From a virus: 64,000 nt of DNA. Location of the stretch: the IMG/VR virus record IMGVR_UViG_3300021310_000002; one strand, 5' to 3'. The position numbers and the translations under genes are program-made. Numbering within the stretch: position 1 is the stretch's first letter; the number at the start of each line of letters is the position of its first letter. Shown in pieces: positions 1 through 9,332 of the stretch. The notes below the pieces were generated by a model, which did not search any database, was not told the origin of the DNA, and was given only the letters and a program-made list of their open reading frames with translations.

Positions 1-2572
1 ATTTCAAGACAACAATGATTTTGATTTGATAATACAATTAGCTAATAGATATAAACTAATCAAAGAACTGATAGAGCATAAACTTGTTCTAATTAAACAG
101 AGTAAAGAAGAACTTTTAAATTTACTTAAACGTAAGGCTGAATTTAATATTGCTACCAATGGAATACATCATCAAAGAAACCTTATAGAAAATAACGTTT
201 CAAAAAAAGAAGTTATTTCTGTATTTGAATCGGAGCTTACCAGAACCATAGGATTACAGCCAAATAATTTATCTGACGAAATAATTGTAATACAGGTTTA
301 TTACTTTGATATTCTTAGAGATATAATCAATAATGGATTTTTCTTTAATAAAAATAAGTATATATTTCTTACGGCTTCGGCAGGACAGATACGCACTAAA
401 AAAGTAGTGTTTATTAAAGAGAACACATGGCAACACATAGAAAAGACTATGATGTGTGGTCTATCTGTTGATTTAATAAACAGCAAAGGTGGTATTAATT
501 CTAATAAATTTTTGGCTTATACTGCTTTAAATAATTCAGCGACCGACAGATGGCAAGAATTTGATATTGATAAAACCATAGTTATTGATGACTTTGAAAC
601 AAATGTTTTTGGAAATTATGATTTTGTAAATGAAAAAGATTTTTCAATTACCAGAACATCAGGTTGTGTGCCTATTCCTCATACTGATGGCTGCGGAATG
701 ATTTTACCAAATGCATTTGGAGTTATGCAAAAAAATAAAATGGTTAGATTGCCTTGGGTTAAAGGGTTGCTAGGAGTGTTTGATTTTATATCTTTCATAC
801 AGGAGAAGGGGTGTTCTCCTGTAATTAAAGATATATACGGAGTAGAACACGATGTTATCAAAGAAGATATACAAGTTATTTTTACAAAGAGCCAGTTTAA
901 ACTTTATAAGTATTATGATAATTGGGAGCAATATCAATGCTATTTCAAACAGTTTAATTGTCATGCGGGATTTACTAATCCAGAAGAAGATAGAATAAAA
1001 AATGCTACAATCAATTATCAAATGTTACAGAGTTTAACTGACATTACTGATGATGAAATATATAACGTAGCGCATGATTCAATTAATAATTTGACTGAGA
1101 TGTGTACCTCGATAGACAGAGTTAAAAAAATACTAGGAATTAACCCATACGTTGCTACCGAAGATATGACAGCTTTACAACAGGCAATTCAAATATATCC
1201 TGAATTATTAAATGATAGTTATATTCGTTCTAAGCTGCGTGACATTAAAGATAGTTTAATTAAAAAATACAAAGCTGGTAAATTACAAGTTGACGGTAAG
1301 TACACTTTTATTTTGCCTGACTTATATGCAGCTTGCGAACATTGGTTTCAAGGAATAGAAACTCCAAAAGGATTGCTTGATAACGGAGAAGTTTTTTGTT
1401 GGTTGTTCAGACAAAATGAAGAACTTGATTGTTTGCGTTCACCACATTTGTTTATGGAACACGCAATTAGAAATAACATGGCTGCTAACAACAATGAAAA
1501 CCAATTAGCAATCAGAAAATGGTTTGTGACAAATGCTGTGTATACTAGCAGTTTTGATTTGATTACCAAAATAATTCAAGCAGATGTCGATGGAGATAAA
1601 TGTCTTGTAGTGTCAGATAAAACTATTATTGAAGTTGCTAAACGTAATATTAGTAAATTTGATATTGTTCCATTGTATTATGATATGGCTAAAGCTCCTG
1701 CGGTACAAATTAGTAAAGATAAGATTTACGATAATCTTACTGTTGCATTTACTGGTGGTAATATTGGTCAGTTTAGTAATAATATATCTAAAATTTGGAA
1801 TAGCGAGATTTTTATTTCAGGGTCGCATGAAGAAAAGCAACACGCCATTAATTGTATTAAACGATTATGTTGTATGAACAATTTCGTTATTGATATGGCT
1901 AAGACTTTATACAAGCCTGAATATCCTAGGGAAGTCAAAGAAGACATTAAAGAATTTACTAAACTTAAACTTCCTCATTTCTTTGTTTATGCCAAAGATA
2001 AAACGGAAGACCAAGTTGAAATGGCTAATAAAAGTTTTGTAAATAAACTGAACCATATAATTCCTAACCCAAGAATTAATCATAAATATGTTAATCAAAA
2101 AGGCAAAACTAGAAGATTGGAAAAACCTGACTACACTTTATTGCTGCATGATATGTTATGTTATGTAGACGAAGAAACGAATCCTGTTCTTAAAGAATAT
2201 ACAGAGCTTGTAAAGGAGTATGGATATAAGTTTAAAGAAATGATTGAAGGCGGTTCTCCAAGAAGTAGTTGGACTAATGCTCGATTAAGAGAATATGTAC
2301 GGCATAAAGAAATGATTCAGATAGTTAAGAATAGATTATCAAAGACAGGATATGCTGATATAGAGATAGCAGATATATTAGCAGAGTATTTATATCGTAC
2401 TGACAATAAAAATAAAGGTATTCTGTGGAATTGTTATGGAGATATTCTTTTAGAAAATCTTAAACAATGGAAGAAAAAAACTACAAAAGAAGTCCAATGT
2501 TCTGTGTGTGGTGAATGGATAGAGGTAGATATTAAAAGTAGAAGTTGCAAATGTGATAAATGTAAGCGTTAA
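1..2572 (+). CDS. yonO: YonO-like single-subunit DNA-dependent RNA polymerase (RdRP-like); 5' end outside window
   Basis: Catalytic DxDGD (QADVDGD) plus TDGCG, RLPWVKG, KSQFK, NYQMLQ, LRSPH, IDMAK motifs; C-terminal CxxC..CxxC; frame open from window start; directly upstream of the late genes as in SPbeta. Confidence 0.88.
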   Translation, partial: FQDNNDFDLIIQLANRYKLIKELIEHKLVLIKQSKEELLNLLKRKAEFNIATNGIHHQRNLIENNVSKKEVISVFESELTRTIGLQPNNLSDEIIVIQVYYFDILRDIINNGFFFNKNKYIFLTASAGQIRTKKVVFIKENTWQHIEKTMMCGLSVDLINSKGGINSNKFLAYTALNNSATDRWQEFDIDKTIVIDDFETNVFGNYDFVNEKDFSITRTSGCVPIPHTDGCGMILPNAFGVMQKNKMVRLPWVKGLLGVFDFISFIQEKGCSPVIKDIYGVEHDVIKEDIQVIFTKSQFKLYKYYDNWEQYQCYFKQFNCHAGFTNPEEDRIKNATINYQMLQSLTDITDDEIYNVAHDSINNLTEMCTSIDRVKKILGINPYVATEDMTALQQAIQIYPELLNDSYIRSKLRDIKDSLIKKYKAGKLQVDGKYTFILPDLYAACEHWFQGIETPKGLLDNGEVFCWLFRQNEELDCLRSPHLFMEHAIRNNMAANNNENQLAIRKWFVTNAVYTSSFDLITKIIQADVDGDKCLVVSDKTIIEVAKRNISKFDIVPLYYDMAKAPAVQISKDKIYDNLTVAFTGGNIGQFSNNISKIWNSEIFISGSHEEKQHAINCIKRLCCMNNFVIDMAKTLYKPEYPREVKEDIKEFTKLKLPHFFVYAKDKTEDQVEMANKSFVNKLNHIIPNPRINHKYVNQKGKTRRLEKPDYTLLLHDMLCYVDEETNPVLKEYTELVKEYGYKFKEMIEGGSPRSSWTNARLREYVRHKEMIQIVKNRLSKTGYADIEIADILAEYLYRTDNKNKGILWNCYGDILLENLKQWKKKTTKEVQCSVCGEWIEVDIKSRSCKCDKCKR

Positions 2573-2578
2573 AAAATA

Positions 2579-2631
2579 CTCTAATATAGGGAACAAAAAA
2601 AAGACCAATAAAAAAATACCCTATATTAGAG
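2579..2631. repeat. Perfect 13-bp inverted repeat CTCTAATATAGGG-N27-CCCTATATTAGAG
   Basis: Read directly from sequence between the RNAP stop and the first late gene. Confidence 0.9.
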
Positions 2632-2667
2632 ATATCAATTTGCGACTATAAGGAAGGAGTAATTTGT

Positions 2668-3084
2668 GTGGAAAATAATCAAATGAAAGTTAAACGTTCT
2701 GATTGTATACAATCTGTAACCGAGAAATCAAATCGTGAAATTATACAAGAGATAATTAAGCAGATAAAAAAATCTGGCGTAGTATTGTCAGAAAGACAAA
2801 GCATAGAATTATTCAAACTTCTTAGCGTAACTAATTGTACTAAACATATTGTTGAGATTGTATTTGAAGCGGTAGAAAATACCATAAAGGATTATTTATA
2901 TGAAGCAAATAATAAAATTATGGTAGTCGTTAATATCTTTAAAGGAATTTCAATAAAAGCTAAGTACATACCTGAAAGAATTAAGATTAATAATTTTAAA
3001 GGGAAAAAGCAAAAATACACATCATACATTAAACCCAAAGCAGAGTTCTCTCGTGGCTTTGTTGATAGCATAACTAAACATTGA
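2668..3084 (+). CDS. HU/IHF-like DNA-binding protein
   Basis: Basic 138 aa; C-terminal IFKGISIKAKYIPER...YIKPKAEFS resembles the HU beta-arm; position matches SPbeta yonN. Confidence 0.6.
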   Translation: MENNQMKVKRSDCIQSVTEKSNREIIQEIIKQIKKSGVVLSERQSIELFKLLSVTNCTKHIVEIVFEAVENTIKDYLYEANNKIMVVVNIFKGISIKAKYIPERIKINNFKGKKQKYTSYIKPKAEFSRGFVDSITKH

Positions 3085-3118
3085 TATATACAGCTTTGTC
3101 TGTTATATATAAAACATT

Positions 3119-3151
3119 AGACTGTTGCAATAGTAACAGTCTTTTTGTTTT
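3119..3151 (+). terminator. Intrinsic terminator
   Basis: AGACTGTTGC-AATA-GTAACAGTCT followed by a T-run. Confidence 0.7.
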
Positions 3152-3206
3152 AGTATCTATATTTTACACCTTTCTTGTTGGGCTACCTTCACACAGTAGC
3201 CCATTT

Positions 3207-3283
3207 GGGGGTATAGCTCAGTTGGTCAGAGCAATCGGCTGTTAACCGATTTGTCGCAAGTTCAAGTCTTGCTGTCCCCGCCA
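3207..3283 (+). tRNA. tRNA-Asn (GTT)
   Basis: Cloverleaf: GGGGGTA/TGTCCCC acceptor stem, ATCGG-CTGTTAA-CCGAT anticodon arm, GCAAG-TTCAAGT-CTTGC T arm, encoded CCA. Confidence 0.93.
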
Positions 3284-3287
3284 GTTC

Positions 3288-3360
3288 ACGAAAGTAGTTT
3301 AATTAAAACAACCAATGTATGAATTACAAGGTAGATGCAAGTAAAATCTTGCCTTTCGTA
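3288..3360 (+). ncRNA. tRNA-like element or pseudo-tRNA with aberrant anticodon arm
   Basis: ACGAAAG/CTTTCGT acceptor stem, GTTT/AAAC D stem, GCAAG-TAAAAT-CTTGC T-like arm, extended non-canonical central arm. Confidence 0.55.
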
Positions 3361-3362
3361 TA

Positions 3363-3435
3363 TGCGGAGTGGTGTAAAGGTAGCACGTAGCCCTCATAAG
3401 GCTAAGGACAGTAGTTCAATTCTACTCTCTCGCAA
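3363..3435 (+). tRNA. tRNA with CAT anticodon (Met or Ile2)
   Basis: TAGCC-CTCATAA-GGCTA anticodon arm, AGTAG-TTCAATT-CTACT T arm; acceptor stem has a 1-nt bulge; no encoded CCA. Confidence 0.8.
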
Positions 3436-3472
3436 TACAAGAAAATATATTAATTGGAAAGGTGATACAAAT

Positions 3473-4831
3473 ATGGATATAATTCAAGAAATAAATCAGA
3501 ATGGTCTGACTAAAGAACAATATGAAAAATGTTTAAAAACTATTATTGACAAGAAAAACGGAATTGAAGATATTGATTGGCAAGAAATAGTTGATATGTA
3601 TGGATTGCCAATATCTTCTGTTACATTACGTAAAGCAAATGGTAGTATTTTTGGTGGTTATTTTGTGCATGAATATTTAAAAAGAAATAATTGTTTGGAT
3701 AATCAACAAAACGTTTCTGAAAATATGTTACCGATAAATAATAGTGAAGTTTCTATTAACAAGGATGGTACGTATTCAAGTAAAAAACTACTTACTATGA
3801 ATGAACATGAAAGTAAAGACCCTGAGTATTTATTAAAGGCTCATGGTTTTGATACTGATGCTTGGGAAGTTGTTAGTGTAAGAAATAATATTAGGCAAGC
3901 TATTAGTCGAGATGATGGCGTGGTTACTTTGTATGCTAGTTTTTTGACAGCTAGACCAATCAAAGAAAACGGTATACCGCTAAATAAAATAGAAGATTTC
4001 TTTAATCGACTTGATAGAAATTATTCATTACCTATTGTCAAGGAAAGATATGACTATTTGCAAGGAGATAAGTTATTGTTGATTAATATTGCAGACTTAC
4101 ATATGAATCTACAATCTACTATGATGACTACTAGGAATGAATATAATTGTGATATTGCAGAGAAATTATTTTTCTATGTAATTGAAGATATTTTGACAAG
4201 AACTCAAAGTTATAATTTTGAAGAAATAGTTTTCACTATTGGTGGAGATATGTTAAATGGAGATAGTTTGTCAGGTACGACTACAAAAGGTACGCCGCAG
4301 AATAATGACACTCATTATTATGATGCATATGAAAGGCTTTGTGCCATGACGATTAAAGCAATTGATGTTTTAAGAGCGAAGGCAAAGGTTAGGGTTGTCT
4401 ATGTACCTGGAAATCATGACGAACAGACAGGATTTAAACTAGCCAAATATGTAGATGCATGGTATCGAAACGATGAATCTGTAAACGTTGATTATTTACC
4501 TTTAGCAAGAAAATATTATAAGTTTGGTAAGACACTGTTGTGTTTTGCGCACGATGCTGACGTAAAAACACTACCGATGCTTATTGCAGACGAAGCAAGA
4601 GAATATTGGTCTAGTGTTGACACAACAGAAGTTTTCTTGCAACATTTACATTCTGAAAATGTTATTATGGAAAAATACAATATGAGAATACAGAGATTGC
4701 CAACTATTAGTGCAAAATCAAAATGGTCAACAGATAAGGGTTATTCTTCAAAAAGACAATGTAAAACTTTTGTATTTGATATTGAAGATGGGTTGACTGA
4801 TATTCTGTATACTCCAATTAATAAATTATAA
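3473..4831 (+). CDS. Calcineurin-like metallophosphoesterase or nuclease
   Basis: DLH, GD, GNHD, H and HLH motifs; SD GAAAGGTGA before ATG 3473. Confidence 0.75.
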   Translation: MDIIQEINQNGLTKEQYEKCLKTIIDKKNGIEDIDWQEIVDMYGLPISSVTLRKANGSIFGGYFVHEYLKRNNCLDNQQNVSENMLPINNSEVSINKDGTYSSKKLLTMNEHESKDPEYLLKAHGFDTDAWEVVSVRNNIRQAISRDDGVVTLYASFLTARPIKENGIPLNKIEDFFNRLDRNYSLPIVKERYDYLQGDKLLLINIADLHMNLQSTMMTTRNEYNCDIAEKLFFYVIEDILTRTQSYNFEEIVFTIGGDMLNGDSLSGTTTKGTPQNNDTHYYDAYERLCAMTIKAIDVLRAKAKVRVVYVPGNHDEQTGFKLAKYVDAWYRNDESVNVDYLPLARKYYKFGKTLLCFAHDADVKTLPMLIADEAREYWSSVDTTEVFLQHLHSENVIMEKYNMRIQRLPTISAKSKWSTDKGYSSKRQCKTFVFDIEDGLTDILYTPINKL

Positions 4832-4855
4832 TTGCTTACGAAGGTGGTGTAAAAT

Positions 4856-5953
4856 GTGGGAAGAAGAAAACAAATAGTGTATGAAAATAATACTGAGAAC
4901 ACTGTAACTAAAATAGATGAACTCAAAAAATCAAAATCTAATTCACCAGTTTTACACTGTTTGTGCTGTGGAAAAGAATTAGATGATACTGAAAAATCTT
5001 ATAAAAATAATAGCATAATTTATAAAAAGATAGGCAGACTTCCTTATTGTCAAGATTGTATTGTAGATATTTACGAAAGTTATGTTGATGATTACAAAAA
5101 ACAGAAGTGTGCTAATCCATATAGTAAAGCCATGCAGAGATTTTGCATGGCTTTTGATTATTATTATAGTGATAAAGTATTTGAAGCTGCATCAAGAGAA
5201 TTAAGTCTGAGAGATGGATTTGGAGATAATGATGATGATTATAGTTTAGTGCTCTTTTATCTACGTCAAATGAACTTAGTACAGTATAGAAAGAAAAATT
5301 ATAATTCAACACTTAAAGAAGAACTTGATAAAACTAAAAAAGAAATACAGGAAGAAAAGCAATCTTCAATTAATGATGACGATGTAAAAAGACTTAACAC
5401 AATTAGTAAAGCTACTTCATTTTTTGGAACAGGGTTTACAAGTGATGATTATGTATTTCTACAAGAGCAGTATGACGATTGGGTTACAAGGCATGAATGT
5501 CAAACCAAATCTCAGGAAGAAATGTTCAAACAAATTTGTTTTACTCAATTGAATCTTCTTAAAGCACAAAGACTAGGTGAAGATACTAAGGATATCAATG
5601 CTACTTATCTTAAACAGCTTGAAGCTGCTAAGTTGCAGCCTAAACAGAATAAAGGTGAAGCTGTATCTGAGAATCAAACGTTTGGCACTTTGATAGAAAA
5701 ATGGGAACAGACAAGACCTATTCCTGAGCCAGAAGAAGATTTGAAAGATGTTGATAAATTGGGATTAATGTTGGATGTATTCTTTAAGGGTCATTTGGCA
5801 AAAGCTATGAGATTAAAGAATGGTTTATCAAATTTGTATGACAGATACATGAAAAAGTATACAGTTAATAAACCTGAATATAAAGACGATGAAGATAATG
5901 AAGTTTTGTTTGATGCAATTTTTGGTAGTGCCTCTTTAATGGAGGATGATTAA
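4856..5953 (+). CDS. Zn-finger protein, possibly terminase small subunit
   Basis: CxxC...CxxC at the N-terminus; immediately upstream of the large terminase. Confidence 0.5.
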   Translation: MGRRKQIVYENNTENTVTKIDELKKSKSNSPVLHCLCCGKELDDTEKSYKNNSIIYKKIGRLPYCQDCIVDIYESYVDDYKKQKCANPYSKAMQRFCMAFDYYYSDKVFEAASRELSLRDGFGDNDDDYSLVLFYLRQMNLVQYRKKNYNSTLKEELDKTKKEIQEEKQSSINDDDVKRLNTISKATSFFGTGFTSDDYVFLQEQYDDWVTRHECQTKSQEEMFKQICFTQLNLLKAQRLGEDTKDINATYLKQLEAAKLQPKQNKGEAVSENQTFGTLIEKWEQTRPIPEPEEDLKDVDKLGLMLDVFFKGHLAKAMRLKNGLSNLYDRYMKKYTVNKPEYKDDEDNEVLFDAIFGSASLMEDD

Positions 5954-5956
5954 TAT

Positions 5957-7765
5957 ATGATTCAAACAAATAAATTGTCAGAAAAAGAAATTATGAACAG
6001 AAAGTCCAAGCGCATTATGGATGGCGTTGCTGCTTGGGCTGGGTTCTATCGTTTTAATCCTCATAGATTTGTTAAAGATTATTTAAATATTACATTAAAA
6101 ACATTTCAAAAGTTCTTGCTGTATGCAATGATGCATAATAATCATTTTATGTTTTGGGCTTCCCGAAGCCTTGGCAAGACTTGGCTCACGGCTTTGTTTT
6201 GTGTTGTACGTTGTATTTTGTTCCCAGGTACAAAAATATGTGTTGCATCTGGTACAAGAGGTCAGGCTAATGAAGTGCTTGAAAAAATCTTAAAAGATTT
6301 CTGTGAAAAGTATGGTTGGGGTTCAGCCAATCTTAGTAAAGAAATTGACATGACAAAAACTAGCGTAGGTACTAATAAAGCAGAGATACGTTTTTATAAT
6401 GGTTCGTGGATTAAGGTTGTAACATCCTCAGATAGTGCTAGAAGTGGTAGAGCAAATGTTCTTATAATAGATGAATTTAGAATGGTAAATTATAATACCA
6501 TAAAGACTGTTCTTAGAAGATTTATGGGCGACCCCAGACAACCAGCCTTTATTAATTTACCACAATATAAAAATTTACCTGAAAAAGAAAAGGCACAATA
6601 TCTTGAACAAAATATTGAAATATATATGAGTTCTGCTTGGTATCAATCGCATTGGAGTTATAAAAAAGCACAAGCATATACAGCAAATCTGTTGGGTGGT
6701 AGAGAAGGATATTTTATTTGTGCAATACCATATCAAATGTCTATCAAAGAAGGCTTGAAGCTCAGACGAGAGATAGAAGACGAAATGTCAGAAGCAGACT
6801 TTGATGAAATTGCTTTTGACATGGAAATGAACTGTATACCTTTAGGAAGTGGTACAGCCAGTTTCTTTAACTCAGAAGATGTAACGAATTGCAGAAAGTT
6901 GCAAACAGCCATATACCCTAACGACAAACAAGGTGGAAAAATTCAAGACTTATTACTTAATGAGCGTAGGATATTGTCGGTAGATATAGCATTGATGGCT
7001 TCTAAAAAACATCAAAACGATGCAAGCTCAATAATAATCAACGATGCTATTCCTACTAAAGATAACAATTATCAAGCTAACATTGTATATTTAGAATCAC
7101 ACGAAGGACTACTTACACAAGAACTGGCAGTAATTGTTAGAAGATTATTTGATACGTTTAAATGTACAGACCTTGTTATTGATGCTGCTGGTGCAGGACA
7201 GGGTGTATTTGATTTGTTGGTTCAAGATATGATTGATAATGAAACTGGTAAAATATATCCAGCGTTAGGAGTTAGCAAACTTAATTGTAATGATAAGGCT
7301 ATGCTAGAACGTTGCAGAGTTGATAAAGCTCCCAAGGTTATACATCCGATTAAAGCTGGTGAAACTTTCAATACAAAAATTTGTACATTATTGCGTTCAG
7401 CTTTCAAAAATAAGAATATCAACCTATTAGTATCTGAGCTTGAAATAGAAGGCAAGCTGAGAACTAATATTAAAGGCTATAACAAATTGTCTGCTGACAG
7501 TCAACTTGCGTATAAAATGCCTTATCTTGAAACTACATTTTTAGTATATGAATTGATAAGATTACAACATGAGATTCGTGGTACAAATATTCGTATATAT
7601 GAAGTGGCTGGTGCAAGAAAAGATAGATACAGTTCGTTGGCTTATAATTATTATATTATGAACTTATTAGAAATTAATGAGCTTAAAACTCAAAAGGCTG
7701 AAAGAGATATAACTGATATGGCAAAAGCATATCAAAAATTAAACAGAAGACCTAATATGTACTAA
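5957..7765 (+). CDS. terL: Terminase large subunit
   Basis: Walker A SRSLGKT, Walker B LIIDE, nuclease acidic motifs (SVDIA, VIDAAG, KDRYS). Confidence 0.92.
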   Translation: MIQTNKLSEKEIMNRKSKRIMDGVAAWAGFYRFNPHRFVKDYLNITLKTFQKFLLYAMMHNNHFMFWASRSLGKTWLTALFCVVRCILFPGTKICVASGTRGQANEVLEKILKDFCEKYGWGSANLSKEIDMTKTSVGTNKAEIRFYNGSWIKVVTSSDSARSGRANVLIIDEFRMVNYNTIKTVLRRFMGDPRQPAFINLPQYKNLPEKEKAQYLEQNIEIYMSSAWYQSHWSYKKAQAYTANLLGGREGYFICAIPYQMSIKEGLKLRREIEDEMSEADFDEIAFDMEMNCIPLGSGTASFFNSEDVTNCRKLQTAIYPNDKQGGKIQDLLLNERRILSVDIALMASKKHQNDASSIIINDAIPTKDNNYQANIVYLESHEGLLTQELAVIVRRLFDTFKCTDLVIDAAGAGQGVFDLLVQDMIDNETGKIYPALGVSKLNCNDKAMLERCRVDKAPKVIHPIKAGETFNTKICTLLRSAFKNKNINLLVSELEIEGKLRTNIKGYNKLSADSQLAYKMPYLETTFLVYELIRLQHEIRGTNIRIYEVAGARKDRYSSLAYNYYIMNLLEINELKTQKAERDITDMAKAYQKLNRRPNMY

Positions 7766-7771
7766 CAGGAG

Positions 7772-9319
7772 GTGATGGCTTTGAACTCAAAAAAGAACAA
7801 AACTAAAAATCAAGTTATATATGACAAACAGCAATATGAAAAAGATAATTATAATTTTTTAGAATCTTTAAAAACAGGGAATATAGACCGTACTGCATTT
7901 AAGAGATTAATGGTTAGCGATTTATGTTCCAAGACACAGATATTGGACACTGGATATATAGGGCATATTAGTTTAGAAGATGCTGTTCATGCTATGCACC
8001 ATCCTGTTAGACATTGGAGAATGTTGTTAGAATTATCTAAGTATCTGATGCACATTTCACCTCACTATTATAGATTATGTATGTACTATAGTAATATGGC
8101 ACTTTTCTGTTGGTGGATAGATTTATATGATGTAAACAGTGATAAGTTAAGAGTAGACACTTTAAAAAATGTTTACGCCAAACTTGCTACTCGTTTTGAA
8201 AACATGAATTTAAAACATGAGTTTTCAAAGATAATGAAAGTGTTACCATATCAAGATATATATTGTGGGCTTACTGTTGAAAATACTAACAATACAGATT
8301 TCTTTTTTCAAGAAATAGATTATAAGGTTTGTAGACTTTATCAGGTTCAAGATGGTTTATATAATTTTGATATCAACTTATCGGCTATTAAAGCTAAAAA
8401 TCTTTCTGCTTATCCTGATTATGTTCAACAGGCGTATTTGGATTTTGAAGATGGAAAAATAGGTAAATGGTATCTGCCTCCCGCTGACAAACAAATATGT
8501 GTGAAGTTTAATTCTCAATGGACTTATCCTTATCCTTTGATGATTGGTATGATAAAAGATATTATAGACTTAGATACATACAAGAAACTTAAATTGCAGT
8601 CTGCCAGAACAGACAATTATAAAGCGATTATGATTAAAGTTCCTATTGATGAATCTACAGTAGATAAGCCATTGCTCTCTCCTGAACTCCTTAGTATTTT
8701 TTCTGATATCAACAAAGAAAGTTTATCTGATGATGTGGGATTGATTTATACGTTGGGTTCAAACGGTGAGGCTATTAGTTTTAAAGACTCAAATAATACA
8801 ACGAATAATGTTTCTGATGGTGTAAGCGAATTATATAATTCGGCTGGTATTCCTAAAGATTTGTTCAATAGTGCTTCGACAAGTACCGCTTTAACTTTAT
8901 CTGTTGAGAACGATGCAGGATTTATATATAGCATATATCGTCAATTTGAACGTTGGTGTAATCGGTATATTAAGTTAAAAAAATATAATAACTCAACTTT
9001 TAAATTCGCATTTACTTTGCTTGATATTACAATATTTAATCGTGATGCTGTTAGCAAACGATACAAAGAAGCGATTTCTTTGGGTGCTACAGTTGTTGAT
9101 AAATGGTTGGCTTCATTGGGTATGACTCCAAGTCGTACAATGGGGTCTTTTATTTTGCACAAAGATATTTTTGATTTTCAAAATAATTTTGTACAGTTGT
9201 CATCTGCCTTTAATTCTTCTTCTGATGGAGAAGCAGGAAGACCTACTAATAGTGATAAAGGAGAACTGCTTAGTGATGAGGGGGAGAAAACAGCAGATGG
9301 AGATAAAAATGACGGATAG
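7772..9319 (+). CDS. Portal protein
   Basis: 515 aa after terL; C-terminal GRP motif. Confidence 0.8.
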   Translation: MMALNSKKNKTKNQVIYDKQQYEKDNYNFLESLKTGNIDRTAFKRLMVSDLCSKTQILDTGYIGHISLEDAVHAMHHPVRHWRMLLELSKYLMHISPHYYRLCMYYSNMALFCWWIDLYDVNSDKLRVDTLKNVYAKLATRFENMNLKHEFSKIMKVLPYQDIYCGLTVENTNNTDFFFQEIDYKVCRLYQVQDGLYNFDINLSAIKAKNLSAYPDYVQQAYLDFEDGKIGKWYLPPADKQICVKFNSQWTYPYPLMIGMIKDIIDLDTYKKLKLQSARTDNYKAIMIKVPIDESTVDKPLLSPELLSIFSDINKESLSDDVGLIYTLGSNGEAISFKDSNNTTNNVSDGVSELYNSAGIPKDLFNSASTSTALTLSVENDAGFIYSIYRQFERWCNRYIKLKKYNNSTFKFAFTLLDITIFNRDAVSKRYKEAISLGATVVDKWLASLGMTPSRTMGSFILHKDIFDFQNNFVQLSSAFNSSSDGEAGRPTNSDKGELLSDEGEKTADGDKNDG

Positions 9320-9332
9320 GTGGTGATGAATT

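Noticed and set aside
3335..3472. N-terminal extension of the 498-aa ORF
   Set aside because: Overlaps the CAT tRNA; the SD supports a start at 3473
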